Assembly (NCBI GenBank): GCA_033764315.1
Contig: JANRJA010000126.1
Span: 1 to 51,068 of the forward strand
Reading direction: 5' to 3'
Source: Oculatellaceae cyanobacterium bins.114
GTDB lineage: Bacteria > Cyanobacteriota > Cyanobacteriia > Elainellales > Elainellaceae
Length of the DNA: 51,068 nt
The notes under the pieces were generated by a model. It was not told the origin of the DNA, searched no databases, and saw nothing but the letters and a program-made list of their open reading frames with translations. Below are positions 21,079 through 31,053 of this stretch, in pieces. Position numbers and translations under genes: made by a program. The stretch's first letter is position 1, and the number at the start of each line of letters is the position of its first letter.

Positions 21079-21346
21079 CTGAACACGGAACTTTGACCTT
21101 TTCACTTGAAGCTTCGAGATCAGAACACAAAACTTTGACCTTTTCACTCAAAGTCCCAACTTCTGTACACAAAACTCCGACCTCAAAACTCGGAACTTTG
21201 ACCTTTTAACTCAAAACTTTGACTTCTGAACACGAAACTCCGACCTCTGAACACGGAACTCCGACCTTTTGACTCGAAGCTTCGACTTCTGAACACGGAA
21301 CTTCGAGATCAGAACTCAAAGGACGAAGCTCAGAACTCAAGCTTCT
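21079..21346. repeat. Degenerate 21-bp tandem array: 12 full units plus one partial
   Basis: Units such as ctgaacacggaactttgacct, tttcacttgaagcttcgagat and cagaacacaaaactttgacct keep an exact 21-nt register. Confidence 0.9.
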
Positions 21347-21510
21347 AGATCCCCGGCTTCTTCTTTACTCCTCAATAAGATACTTTTCACATTTCAACAG
21401 AAGCCGGGGATCTGAAACCCCCAAGGAAGATCCCCCTTAGATCCCCGGCTTCTTTTCTACCCGTTTAAGGTACTTTTTGCATTTCAACAGAAGCCGGGGA
21501 TCTGAAACCC
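21346..21510. repeat. Two direct copies of an approximately 75-bp cassette bounded by 15-bp inverted repeats
   Basis: agatccccggcttct...agaagccggggatct(gaaaccc) at 21346-21420 and 21438-21510. Confidence 0.85.
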
Positions 21511-21612
21511 TAAGATGACCTAGCTCCCCAGATGCTTCAAGCATCCAGGGAGTTGAACCCTCCAAACCGTTAGAATAGAACTCGATTCCCATCCCGTCAG
21601 CCGCTACGAGCC

Positions 21613-23562
21613 ATGAGCACGCCCGTTGAATTTCAAGATTATTTTGATGTCATTGTCGTTGGTGCCGGACACTCTGGTTGCGAAGCGGCATTAGCAGCAG
21701 CCCGTTTGGGGTGCCGTACCTTAATGCTGACGCTCAACCTGGATAAGATCGCGTGGCAACCCTGCAATCCAGCCGTGGGGGGGCCAGCGAAGTCACAGTT
21801 GACCCACGAAGTCGATGCCCTGGGTGGTGAGATTGGCAAAATGGCAGACCGCACCTATCTGCAAAAGCGGTTGCTGAATATCTCACGGGGGCCAGCGGTG
21901 TGGGCATTGCGGGCGCAGACCGACAAGCGGGAATATGCAACCGTGATGCGACGGATTGTCGAGAATCAGGAAAATCTGTCAGTGCGCGAGGCAATGGCGA
22001 CCGGTTTAATCCTGGGCAAGAATGACGAAGTAATTGGCGTGCAGACCTACTTCGGGGTCGCTTTCCAGTGCAAGACGGTGGTGCTCACGACTGGCACATT
22101 CTTGGGGGGCATCATCTGGGTCGGCAACAAGTCCATGCCTGCGGGACGGGCAGGGGAATTTGCCGCTGTGGGTCTAACCGACACATTAAACCGTCTGGGC
22201 TTTGAAACCGATCGCCTCAAAACAGGGACTCCCGCACGCGTCGATAAGCGATCGCTCGATTACAGCAAACTGGAACCCCAACCCGGAGATGAAAAGGTTG
22301 GTTGGTTTAGCTTTGACCCAGAGGTATGGGTCGAGCGAGAGCAAATGCCCTGTTATCTGACACGCACCACCCCTGAAACCCACAAGTTGATTCGCGATAA
22401 TCTGCACTTATCGCCTGTGTATGGCGGGTGGGTCGATGCCAAAGGTCCGCGTTATTGCCCCAGCATTGAAGACAAAATCGTGCGCTTTGCCGATAAGGAG
22501 TCGCACCAGATTTTTATCGAACCGGAAGGGCGAGACATCCCAGAACTCTACATTCAAGGCTTCTCCACCGGATTGCCTGAAACATTGCAGTTACAAATGT
22601 TGCGATCGCTCCCCGGTTTAGAACAGTGCGTCATGCTCCGTCCTGCCTATGCCGTGGAGTATGACTACCTGCCTGCGACTCAGTGTTATCCCACGATGAT
22701 GACCAAAAAGGTTGAGGGACTGTTCTGCGCGGGTCAGATCAACGGCACAACGGGGTATGAAGAAGCGGCAGCACAGGGACTCGTCGCAGGGATTAATGCG
22801 GCTCGTTTGGTGCGCGGACAAGAGATGATCATCCTGCCACGAGAGCAGAGCTACATCGGCACATTGTTGGATGACCTGTGTACGAAGGATTTGCGCGAAC
22901 CCTATCGGATGCTGACCTCGCGCTCAGAATATCGGCTATTGCTGCGTTCTGATAATGCGGATCAACGACTCACTCCGCTCGGTCGTGAGATTGGGCTAAT
23001 TGGCGATCGCCGCTGGGAGTTGTTTAGCCGCAAGCAAGCCAACATTGTCGCCGAGAAAGAGCGGTTGCACGAAACCCGTGTGAAGGAGCTTGATCCTCTC
23101 GGTAAACAAATTGTGGCCGATACGCAACAGGCGATTAAAGGTTCAATTACCCTCGCCGATTTGCTACGACGACCGGGGTTCCACTATGTCAACCTCGATC
23201 GCTATGGATTGGGCAACCCTGACTTGAGCCAAGCCGAACGCGAAGGCGCAGAAATTGACATTAAATATGCAGGGTATTTGCAGCGTCAACAAAATCAAAT
23301 TGATCAGGTCGCGCGACAGGCACACCGTCCACTGCCCCCTGATCTTGACTACCACGCTATTACGACCCTATCTAAAGAGTCTCGCGAAAAACTAACCAAA
23401 GTGCGACCCCTCACCATTGGTCAAGCCGCACGAACGGGTGGCGTCAATCCAGCCGATGTGAATGCCCTGTTAGTTTATTTAGAAGTGCGCTCTCTTCGAG
23501 AGACCCCCAAGGCAGCCCATCCGCCTCAGTCGGCAGAAGAAGTGCTGAATATAACAGGATGA
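21613..23562 (+). CDS. mnmG: tRNA uridine-5-carboxymethylaminomethyl(34) synthesis enzyme MnmG (GidA)
   Basis: '[12 protein letters not shown]', 'CNPAVGG', 'RLKTGTPAR', '[11 protein letters not shown]', '[17 protein letters not shown]'. Confidence 0.97.
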   Translation: MSTPVEFQDYFDVIVVGAGHSGCEAALAAARLGCRTLMLTLNLDKIAWQPCNPAVGGPAKSQLTHEVDALGGEIGKMADRTYLQKRLLNISRGPAVWALRAQTDKREYATVMRRIVENQENLSVREAMATGLILGKNDEVIGVQTYFGVAFQCKTVVLTTGTFLGGIIWVGNKSMPAGRAGEFAAVGLTDTLNRLGFETDRLKTGTPARVDKRSLDYSKLEPQPGDEKVGWFSFDPEVWVEREQMPCYLTRTTPETHKLIRDNLHLSPVYGGWVDAKGPRYCPSIEDKIVRFADKESHQIFIEPEGRDIPELYIQGFSTGLPETLQLQMLRSLPGLEQCVMLRPAYAVEYDYLPATQCYPTMMTKKVEGLFCAGQINGTTGYEEAAAQGLVAGINAARLVRGQEMIILPREQSYIGTLLDDLCTKDLREPYRMLTSRSEYRLLLRSDNADQRLTPLGREIGLIGDRRWELFSRKQANIVAEKERLHETRVKELDPLGKQIVADTQQAIKGSITLADLLRRPGFHYVNLDRYGLGNPDLSQAEREGAEIDIKYAGYLQRQQNQIDQVARQAHRPLPPDLDYHAITTLSKESREKLTKVRPLTIGQAARTGGVNPADVNALLVYLEVRSLRETPKAAHPPQSAEEVLNITG

Positions 23563-23571
23563 GGGACAAAC

Positions 23572-23610
23572 GATGAAGGATGAAACTAGTTTCCGCTTTC
23601 AGCCTTCATC
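23572..23610. terminator. Hairpin between convergent mnmG and PepSY genes, built from heptamer repeats
   Basis: Stem gatgaaggatgaaa...tttcagccttcatc. Confidence 0.45.
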
Positions 23611-23625
23611 CTTCAGCCTTTCCCC

Positions 23626-23931
23626 TCAGTCTTCCTCGATTTCTAAGACTTCGCCGCTTCTAGCGTTAACATAGACCTCGCGATCGTCGTTCAACTTGAC
23701 GACATAGATCAACCCTCGCTCACCCCGTGGCTCTAGATTGATCTCTTCAACCTCGGTATCAGGAGCAACTTGCAACACAATTCGGATTAACTGTTGCATG
23801 GATAAGATGGGACCCGCGTGAGCACGAGGATAATCGTCATCTTTATCAGCGAGGGCAACTGGGGCATAGGCACTGAGGGCTAACAGAGTTGCAATAGAGG
23901 CGATCGCCAACAAATATTGATTTGGCTTCAT
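23626..23931 (-). CDS. Secreted PepSY-domain protein
   Basis: Signal peptide ending 'APVALA', then 'VEEINLE...YVVKL...EVYVNARSGEVL'. Confidence 0.8.
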   Translation of the reverse strand: MKPNQYLLAIASIATLLALSAYAPVALADKDDDYPRAHAGPILSMQQLIRIVLQVAPDTEVEEINLEPRGERGLIYVVKLNDDREVYVNARSGEVLEIEED

Positions 23932-24128
23932 AGGTCGAGCAGGGGGATAAAAGGCGATAAGTAGAGTGAACGAAAAATCAGGAAAATCTCTTCCCAATCT
24001 ACAGTAGCAACACGTAAATCGCTACCAACCAGGTTCCCCAATTCTGGTGTCCTTACGATAAAGTCATTAAAAGTCAACGTGGCTTTACACAAGAGTCAAG
24101 TGTTATTAGTCAATGGTTCATAGTGGAG

Positions 24129-24300
24129 AGTGCTAAGTACCAAGTGCCAAGTGCCAAGTGCTAAGAGTAATGTCTCAACCCAAAACTCAAAACTCAAAAC
24201 TCAAAACTCAAAACTTAAAACTTAAAACTCATACCTCAAAACTCATACCTCAAAACTTAAAACTCAAAACTCAAAACTCATAATTCATAACTTATACCTC
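24129..24300. repeat. Heptamer tandem repeats (STRR-type): about 5 x agtgc(c/t)a, then about 17 x caaaact variants
   Basis: Directly visible arrays at 24129-24163 and 24181-24300. Confidence 0.9.
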
Positions 24301-24356
24301 CACCCCTCCACCCTTCCCCTTTCCTCCGTCTGCCTTTCCTTTCCTCCGTCTTGCTC

Positions 24357-27170
24357 ATGAACCTGCCTGCATCTGCTGACTCAAACCCCATTGCCGATCT
24401 GCCTGAACGATTGGTCAAACATGCCGTTCGCTATGCCGATCATCGTGCTGTCAATTGGGATGATCTGACACCCATGATGCGGCACTACGTTGAAGTCAAG
24501 GAGCAGTATCCCCATGCCCTGTTGCTCTATCGTGTTGGAGATTTTTTTGAAACCTTCTTTCAAGATGCGATCAGTGTGGCACGGGAGCTAGAACTGGTGC
24601 TGACCAGCAAGGATGGGGGCAAAGACGTGGGGCGAGTGCCATTAGCAGGAATTCCCCACCATGCGCTCGATCGCTACTGTGCGTTGCTGGTGGAACGGGG
24701 CTATGCGGTTGCCATTTGTGACCAGACTGAAGATGCAGCCGATGTGCAGGGGCGGTTGGTGCAACGAGAGGTGACACGGGTGATCACTCCCGGCACCGTG
24801 CTTGAGGAGGGGATGCTGAATGCCCGCCGCAATAACTTTTTAGCGGCTGTGGCGATCGCCGGAACGCATTGGGGGTTGGCCTATGCTGATGTCTCCACCG
24901 GAGAATTTTTGACCACCCAAGCCACTGGGCTAGATCAACTGACGCAAGAGCTGATGCGGTTACAACCCTCAGAGGTGCTAGTTCCCACCAATGCCCCAGA
25001 CCTGGGCGGACTGTTGCGACCCGGACAACCCTCTGAACAAATTCCCAGTTGTCTGCCACCTCAGTTTTGTTACACCTTGCGATCGCAAACTCCCTTTAGC
25101 CCTGCTGAGGCACGTCAGCGATTGTTAGAACAGTTTCGGGTGCGATCGCTCGAAGGGATGGGCTGTGAACACTTGCCTCTGGCGGTACGAGCCGCTGGTG
25201 GCTTGTTGGAATATCTAGAGGACACTCAAAAAGCAACGCGGTTATTGCTGCAACCGCTCTGCACTTACACCTTGACGGAATATTTGGTGGTCGATCACCA
25301 GACTCGCCGTAATCTCGAAATCACTCAAACGGCAAGGGATGGCACCTTCCACGGCTCGCTGTTGTGGGCACTCGATCGCACCGTGACAGCGATGGGCGGA
25401 CGGGCACTGCGCCGCTGGTTGCTGCAACCCCTGCTCGATATCCCTGCCATTCAAGCACGTCAAGACACGATTCAAGAGCTGATCGAACAAGGCACGTTGC
25501 GACAGCAATTGCAGCAGCTATTAAAGCAGATCTACGACCTAGAACGTCTGACTGGACGATCAGGGGCAGGCACCGCTAACGCCCGCGATCTGGTGGCTCT
25601 CGCAGATTCATTAGCCAAGTTGCCGGATCTGGCTCAATTGGTTGCTCTAGCGCGATCGCCCTATCTAACCACCCTGCAAACCGTTTCTCCCATCCTGGAA
25701 ACCCTGGCAAAAGGGCTTCAGGGTCATTTAGTAGAAAACCCTCCCATATATTTGACCGAGGGGGGCTTAATCCGTCCTGGAATCAACACCCAACTGGATC
25801 AACTGCGACAGCAAATTGATTTAGATCAGCAGTGGATTGCCCAACTGGAAACCAGCGAACGACACCGCACGGGCATTAGCAATCTCAAGGTTGGTTTTAA
25901 CAAAACCTTTGGCTATTACATCAGCATCTCTCGCGCCAAATCAAGCGACAAAGTGCCCGATGGCTACATTCGTAAGCAAACCCTGACCAACGAAGAACGC
26001 TACATTACCCTCGACCTTAAAGATCGAGAAAGTGCTATTCTCAATGCCCGGAATGACCTCAACAAACTGGAATATGAGATCTTTGTGGGCTTGCGCGATG
26101 GAGTGTCTGAACACGCTGAGTTGATTCGTTCTGTGGCACGCGCGATCGCCGCAGTCGATGTGCTTTGTGCTTTGGCAGAGGTGGCCGTCTACCAAAACTA
26201 TTGCCGCCCTCACATCGTGCCTACTCGTGAGATTCAGATTGAGGCAGGTCGCCACCCCGTTGTAGAACAGTCCTTGCCCAGCGGCTTCTTCGTCCCCAAC
26301 TCGACCCAATTGGGAAATTCTTCTATTCCCCCATCCTCCAGTACAGACGCGATTAATCGTGTTTCTGCCGTATCTCTCTCCCCTAGTACAGACGCGATCA
26401 ATCGCGTCTCTGCCATCCCTAATACAGACGCGATTGATCGTTCTGCCAAATCTGTCATCTCTCCCGATCTGATTATCCTGACCGGCCCCAACGCCAGTGG
26501 TAAAAGCTGTTATCTGCGACAGGTGGGATTGATTCAACTGATGGCACAAATGGGCAGTTTTGTGCCTGCTCAGACCGCCACCCTGGGCGTGTGCGATCGC
26601 ATTTTTACGCGGGTTGGTGCGGTCGATGACCTGGCAACTGGGCAATCTACCTTTATGGTCGAGATGAATGAGACCGCCAATATCCTCAACCACGCGACGC
26701 GGCGATCGCTGGTGTTGTTAGATGAGATCGGGCGAGGCACCGCTACGTTTGATGGCTTATCGATCGCTTGGGCCGTGGCAGAGCACCTAGCCGCTGAAAT
26801 TCAAGCACGTACTATCTTTGCCACTCATTATCACGAACTCAACGAACTGGCATCTCTGCTGTCTAATGTCGCCAATTATCAAGTCACCGTCAAAGAACTG
26901 CCCGATCAAATCATCTTTTTACATCAAGTCCGTCCTGGGGGAGCCGATCGTTCCTATGGCATTGAAGCCGGACGCCTTGCCGGATTGCCTGCCTCTGTGA
27001 TCCAACGGGCTAAACAAGTGATGGGGCAAATCGAGAAACATTCGCGCATCGCCATCGGCTTACGCAAGGGCAGTTCCCCTAAAGCGGGCAACGAGACTGA
27101 GAAGAATGGTAAGAGCCATCGTGTTTCCGAAAGCAAACCGATTGAGCAACTCGACATCTTTCAAAACTGA
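24357..27170 (+). CDS. mutS: DNA mismatch repair protein MutS
   Basis: 'LTPMMRHY', '[10 protein letters not shown]', 'GRHPVVE', 'TGPNASGKS', 'STFMVEM', 'LLDEIGRGT', 'SYGIE'. Confidence 0.97.
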   Translation: MNLPASADSNPIADLPERLVKHAVRYADHRAVNWDDLTPMMRHYVEVKEQYPHALLLYRVGDFFETFFQDAISVARELELVLTSKDGGKDVGRVPLAGIPHHALDRYCALLVERGYAVAICDQTEDAADVQGRLVQREVTRVITPGTVLEEGMLNARRNNFLAAVAIAGTHWGLAYADVSTGEFLTTQATGLDQLTQELMRLQPSEVLVPTNAPDLGGLLRPGQPSEQIPSCLPPQFCYTLRSQTPFSPAEARQRLLEQFRVRSLEGMGCEHLPLAVRAAGGLLEYLEDTQKATRLLLQPLCTYTLTEYLVVDHQTRRNLEITQTARDGTFHGSLLWALDRTVTAMGGRALRRWLLQPLLDIPAIQARQDTIQELIEQGTLRQQLQQLLKQIYDLERLTGRSGAGTANARDLVALADSLAKLPDLAQLVALARSPYLTTLQTVSPILETLAKGLQGHLVENPPIYLTEGGLIRPGINTQLDQLRQQIDLDQQWIAQLETSERHRTGISNLKVGFNKTFGYYISISRAKSSDKVPDGYIRKQTLTNEERYITLDLKDRESAILNARNDLNKLEYEIFVGLRDGVSEHAELIRSVARAIAAVDVLCALAEVAVYQNYCRPHIVPTREIQIEAGRHPVVEQSLPSGFFVPNSTQLGNSSIPPSSSTDAINRVSAVSLSPSTDAINRVSAIPNTDAIDRSAKSVISPDLIILTGPNASGKSCYLRQVGLIQLMAQMGSFVPAQTATLGVCDRIFTRVGAVDDLATGQSTFMVEMNETANILNHATRRSLVLLDEIGRGTATFDGLSIAWAVAEHLAAEIQARTIFATHYHELNELASLLSNVANYQVTVKELPDQIIFLHQVRPGGADRSYGIEAGRLAGLPASVIQRAKQVMGQIEKHSRIAIGLRKGSSPKAGNETEKNGKSHRVSESKPIEQLDIFQN
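26340..26444 (+). repeat. Three in-frame palindromic short repeats inside mutS (encode STDAINRVS-like peptides)
   Basis: Variants of agtacagacgcgat(t/c)aatcgcgtctct at 26340, 26385 and 26421. Confidence 0.85.
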
Positions 27171-27174
27171 AGAT

Positions 27175-27325
27175 CGAAAAAAGAAGAAAGAAAATAAAAT
27201 TCTCCTCCTACTTCCTTTTTCTCTCTTCTTTTTTCTTTTTTCCTTACCCCTTTCATGCCTCATCCTTTAGCCTTCATCCTTTTTTCCTTTTTCTCTCTTC
27301 TTTTTTCCTTCTTCCCAATTTCCTT
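27175..27325. repeat. Low-complexity purine/pyrimidine and heptamer-like tract downstream of mutS
   Basis: Duplicated 'ttttctctcttcttttttc' and cttcatc-type units. Confidence 0.6.
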
Positions 27326-27401
27326 CCCTGCTCGACAGCTTGATAAGGAGAGTTATCATAAGTAGGAATGGTTCACGTTTCTTAACGATTAGCGGGTTTG
27401 C

Positions 27402-28862
27402 ATGGCTATATTGTCCCCCGGATTCAGTCGCTTCAAGGATTCCTTGACGGAACGGGTTTTCTTTGGACACGAACCCACCCCAGAGTTGATTGCAATTCTG
27501 CTGGTGTATTTTGTCCAAGGTATTTTAGGATTGGCGCGATTGGCAGTTAGCTTCTTTCTTAAAGATGAATTAGGGCTGGGACCAGCCCAAGTTTCAGCCC
27601 TAGTAGGGGTTGCTGCTCTGCCCTGGATGATCAAGCCCCTGTTTGGCTTTATCTCAGATGGGTTGCCTATTATGGGCTATCGCCGTCGTCCTTATCTGGT
27701 CTTGTCTGGTTTCTTGGGCGCGCTCTCCTGGGTCAGTCTAGCAACGCTGGTACACACAGCTTGGGCAGCGATGATTGCGATCGCCCTTAGCTCTCTGGCG
27801 ATCGCCGTCAGTGATGTGATTGTCGATTCGTTGGTGGTTGAGCGAGCCCGACATGAGTCTGTCAGTGATGCGGGTTCCCTACAATCGCTTTGCTGGGGCG
27901 CATCGGCGGTCGGAGGATTAATCACGGCTTATTTCAGTGGGTTTTTGCTAGAACACTTCAGTACGCACACGGTGTTTGGCATTACCGCGACGTTTCCGTT
28001 GATCGTGTCTATGGTGGCAGGGCTAATCGCAGAGTCAAAAGTGGAGTACACCACCGATTGGGCGGTCGTCTGGAATCAAGTCCAGCAACTCAAGGGAGCC
28101 GTCACCCAAAAATCAATCTGGATGCCAACAGCCTTCTTGTTTTTGTGGCAGGCCACTCCAACGGCTGAATCAGCCTTCTTCTTCTTCACAACAAATGAGT
28201 TGGGCTTTTCAGCGGAGTTTTTGGGACGAGTACGCTTGGTGACGAGTGTGGCATCCCTCGTCGGGATTTGGCTCTTCCAACGATTCTTCAAATCGGTTCC
28301 CTTCCGAACTATCTTCGCTTGGACCATGGTGATTTCTGCCGTTTTAGGCATGACGATGCTGTTGCTGGTCACCCACACCAATCGGGTTCTTGGCATTGAT
28401 GACCACTGGTTTAGCCTGGGAGATAGCCTGGTGTTAACGGTTATGGGTCAACTGGCCTACATGCCAGTGCTTGTGTTGGCAGCACGTCTCTGTCCACCGG
28501 GAGTTGAGGCAACGCTGTTTGCTCTGTTAATGTCGGTTACAAACCTGGCAGGCTTGTTGTCCTACGAGTTTGGGGCGGGGCTAATGCACCTGTTGGGCGT
28601 AACTGACACTGATTTCACAAACCTCTGGCTACTGGTGGTAATTACCAACCTCAGTACCTTGTTGCCTTTTCCATTTTTGGCTTGGCTACCGGGTGAGTCG
28701 TCACAACTGTCGCCCATTTCAGGCGAATCTGGTGTATTGCCTACAGGTTCAGCCGTGGCTATAGAAACTGGGGCGATCGCCAACAACGCGATTGAAAATA
28801 CCCTCCGCCCAGACTTCATCATTGCTCAAGGACGACAACCGCTTGAAGAAGCGGCTGATTAA
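27402..28862 (+). CDS. Folate/biopterin (BT1) family MFS transporter
   Basis: 'LVYFVQGILGLARLAVSFFLKD', 'LPWMIKPLFGFISD', 'GYRRRPY', 'ARLCPPGVEATLFALLMS'. Confidence 0.93.
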   Translation: MAILSPGFSRFKDSLTERVFFGHEPTPELIAILLVYFVQGILGLARLAVSFFLKDELGLGPAQVSALVGVAALPWMIKPLFGFISDGLPIMGYRRRPYLVLSGFLGALSWVSLATLVHTAWAAMIAIALSSLAIAVSDVIVDSLVVERARHESVSDAGSLQSLCWGASAVGGLITAYFSGFLLEHFSTHTVFGITATFPLIVSMVAGLIAESKVEYTTDWAVVWNQVQQLKGAVTQKSIWMPTAFLFLWQATPTAESAFFFFTTNELGFSAEFLGRVRLVTSVASLVGIWLFQRFFKSVPFRTIFAWTMVISAVLGMTMLLLVTHTNRVLGIDDHWFSLGDSLVLTVMGQLAYMPVLVLAARLCPPGVEATLFALLMSVTNLAGLLSYEFGAGLMHLLGVTDTDFTNLWLLVVITNLSTLLPFPFLAWLPGESSQLSPISGESGVLPTGSAVAIETGAIANNAIENTLRPDFIIAQGRQPLEEAAD

Positions 28863-28901
28863 TCCGTTCTGCTCTCTCACACTAGAGTCATACAGGCAAC
28901 C

Positions 28902-30413
28902 ATGCAGACAGTTCAAGGTAACGAAATTCAGGGAGAAGTAACCTCTACTCAGGTCAGTCCCTATAACGTCCAGGAATGGAAAAAGGGTTATAGCTCACTC
29001 AAGCAAGAGCACGACTACTGGATCGATGACATAGAGGGAGAGATTCCTGCTGACTTGAGAGGCACACTCTTCCGTAACGGACCAGGTTTACTGGATATCA
29101 ATGGGCAACGCATTCACCATCCCTTTGATGGCGATGGCATGATTAGTGCGATCGCCTTTGCTGATGGACGTGCCCACTATCGCAACCGTTTCGTTCGCAC
29201 CGAAGGATTTGTCGCTGAACAATCCGCTCAAAAAATTCTCTATCGAGGTGTCTTTGGCACTCAAAAGCCAGGGGGTTGGCTAGCCAATGCGTTTGACCTC
29301 CGCCTCAAAAATATTGCCAATACCAACGTCATTTACTGGGGTGAAAAGCTCCTGGCACTGTGGGAAGCGGCGGAACCCCATCGCCTCGATCCCCATACGC
29401 TAGAGACAGTGGGATTAGACTATCTGGATGGCACGTTGCAACCCGGTTCATCCTTTTCAGCTCATCCCCGCATTGATCCTGCCTGTGTGGATGATGGCAC
29501 CCTCAGATTGGTTAACTTCGCCATCAAAACTGGGCTGTCCAGCACCATCACAATTTATGAGCTAAATCTCGCAGGACAGGTGGTTCAGCAACATGCCCAC
29601 GCGATTCCAGGGTTCGCGTTTGTCCACGATTTTGTCATTACCCCTCATTACTGCATCTTCTTTCAAAACCCAGTTAACTTTAACCCTCTACCTTTTCTGT
29701 TGGGGTGGCGTGGGGCAGGGGAGTGCCTCGACTTCCGAGCCGATCAGCCTACTCAAATTGTGGTGATTCCGCGTTATGGCTGTGAGCCTGTACAAATTTT
29801 GCCGGCTCAATCGGGCTTTGTCTTCCATCACGCCAATGCGTTTGAGCAAGAGGGCAATCTTTACGTTGATTCGATTTGTTACGCCAAGTTACCTGTTGTC
29901 GAACCAGACCAAGACTATCTCGAAACCAAGTTTGAGGTGCTAGAGCCAGGACAACTGTGGCGTTTTCAAATGAATCTGGCAGACAAAACCATCCAGTGGA
30001 ATTTGCTGGAACCCAGGTGCTGTGAATTTCCGACGCTCCACCCCCAACGAGTTGGCAGACCCTATCGCTATCTCTATATTGGGGCAGCGCATGAGGCATC
30101 AGGCAATGCTCCCCTCCAGGGAATCTTGAAGCTGGATTTAGAAACAGGGAACCGTCAACTGTGGAGTGCTGCTCCCTGGGGCTATGCTGGAGAACCTGTG
30201 TTTGTGCCTCGTCCAACAGCGGTTCCAGAGGATGAGGATGATGGTTGGTTACTGACGTTGTTCTTTAACGCCAAGCTAGAGCGATCGGAGTTGATCATTC
30301 TAGATGCGCGGGATCTCAATCGAGAACCGATCGCCCGACTGCGGCTCAAGCATCATGTTCCTTATGGGTTACATGGCAGCTTTACCCCAACCCTATTGGG
30401 TGTCGTTGCGTAA
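28902..30413 (+). CDS. Carotenoid cleavage oxygenase (RPE65/ACO family)
   Basis: 'GTLFRNGPG', 'HPFDGDG', and four His motifs: SAHP, FVHDF, VFHHAN, YGLHG. Confidence 0.92.
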   Translation: MQTVQGNEIQGEVTSTQVSPYNVQEWKKGYSSLKQEHDYWIDDIEGEIPADLRGTLFRNGPGLLDINGQRIHHPFDGDGMISAIAFADGRAHYRNRFVRTEGFVAEQSAQKILYRGVFGTQKPGGWLANAFDLRLKNIANTNVIYWGEKLLALWEAAEPHRLDPHTLETVGLDYLDGTLQPGSSFSAHPRIDPACVDDGTLRLVNFAIKTGLSSTITIYELNLAGQVVQQHAHAIPGFAFVHDFVITPHYCIFFQNPVNFNPLPFLLGWRGAGECLDFRADQPTQIVVIPRYGCEPVQILPAQSGFVFHHANAFEQEGNLYVDSICYAKLPVVEPDQDYLETKFEVLEPGQLWRFQMNLADKTIQWNLLEPRCCEFPTLHPQRVGRPYRYLYIGAAHEASGNAPLQGILKLDLETGNRQLWSAAPWGYAGEPVFVPRPTAVPEDEDDGWLLTLFFNAKLERSELIILDARDLNREPIARLRLKHHVPYGLHGSFTPTLLGVVA

Positions 30414-30452
30414 AAGCAAAATCTGGTTTGCCCTGTCTAGTCTTAATGGCGG

Positions 30453-31040
30453 TTAATGGCGGTTACGGCTCAAGATCCAATTGACTGCATCACCCAAATC
30501 TCTAGCAATGTAATCGGGATCGGTGCTGTGTTGATAGTGACCACTCAAGACGCGATCGCCATATCCTGTCTGCACTAAAATGCCAACACACCCTGCATTA
30601 TGGGCGAGGTCAATATCGGTTGCTTTATCTCCCACCATGAAACTTTGGCTCAGGTCTAAGTCATGTTCCCAGGCGGCCGAGATTAACATCCCTGTATTTG
30701 GCTTACGCCAAGTCGTCCAACGAGTAAATTCTGGCTCAACGCCACCTTCAGGTAGGCTTAAATCCGGACAATAATACAATGCATCTAACCGGGCTCCTGC
30801 TTCAGTTTGAAGCAGCAAACAGAGCCGTTGATGCAAGGCTTCTATGTGACTGATGGGGTAGTAAGCTCTAGCCGGTCCCGACTGATTAGACACCAAGCAG
30901 CAAAAGATAGCATGGTCATTCAGTTGCCGCACTGCTTGTGCTGCCCCGATCACCAAATGCAAATCCTCGACCCGACGAATGTACCCTGCCTCCTGGTTGA
31001 GCACTCCATCCCGATCGATAAAAACAGCCGCCCTGCTCAT
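30453..31040 (-). CDS. HAD-IIIA hydrolase, GmhB-like (heptose-1,7-bisphosphate phosphatase family)
   Basis: 'AVFIDRDGVLN', 'VSNQSG', 'RKPNTGM', 'MVGDKATD'; probable ATG at 31040. Confidence 0.85.
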   Translation of the reverse strand: MSRAAVFIDRDGVLNQEAGYIRRVEDLHLVIGAAQAVRQLNDHAIFCCLVSNQSGPARAYYPISHIEALHQRLCLLLQTEAGARLDALYYCPDLSLPEGGVEPEFTRWTTWRKPNTGMLISAAWEHDLDLSQSFMVGDKATDIDLAHNAGCVGILVQTGYGDRVLSGHYQHSTDPDYIARDLGDAVNWILSRNRH

Positions 31041-31053
31041 GCCATTCTTTGCA

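Noticed and set aside
20873-21172. 99-aa minus-strand ORF as a real gene
   Set aside because: It arises from the 21-bp array, has an in-frame stop upstream within the array, and overlaps the HEPN gene antisense.
21079-21510. CRISPR array
   Set aside because: There is no constant repeat alternating with unique spacers, the units are contiguous degenerate 21-mers, and no cas genes are in the window.
26320-26465. Intein in MutS
   Set aside because: The insert is short, has no C/S...HN splice motifs, and is explained by the DNA repeats.
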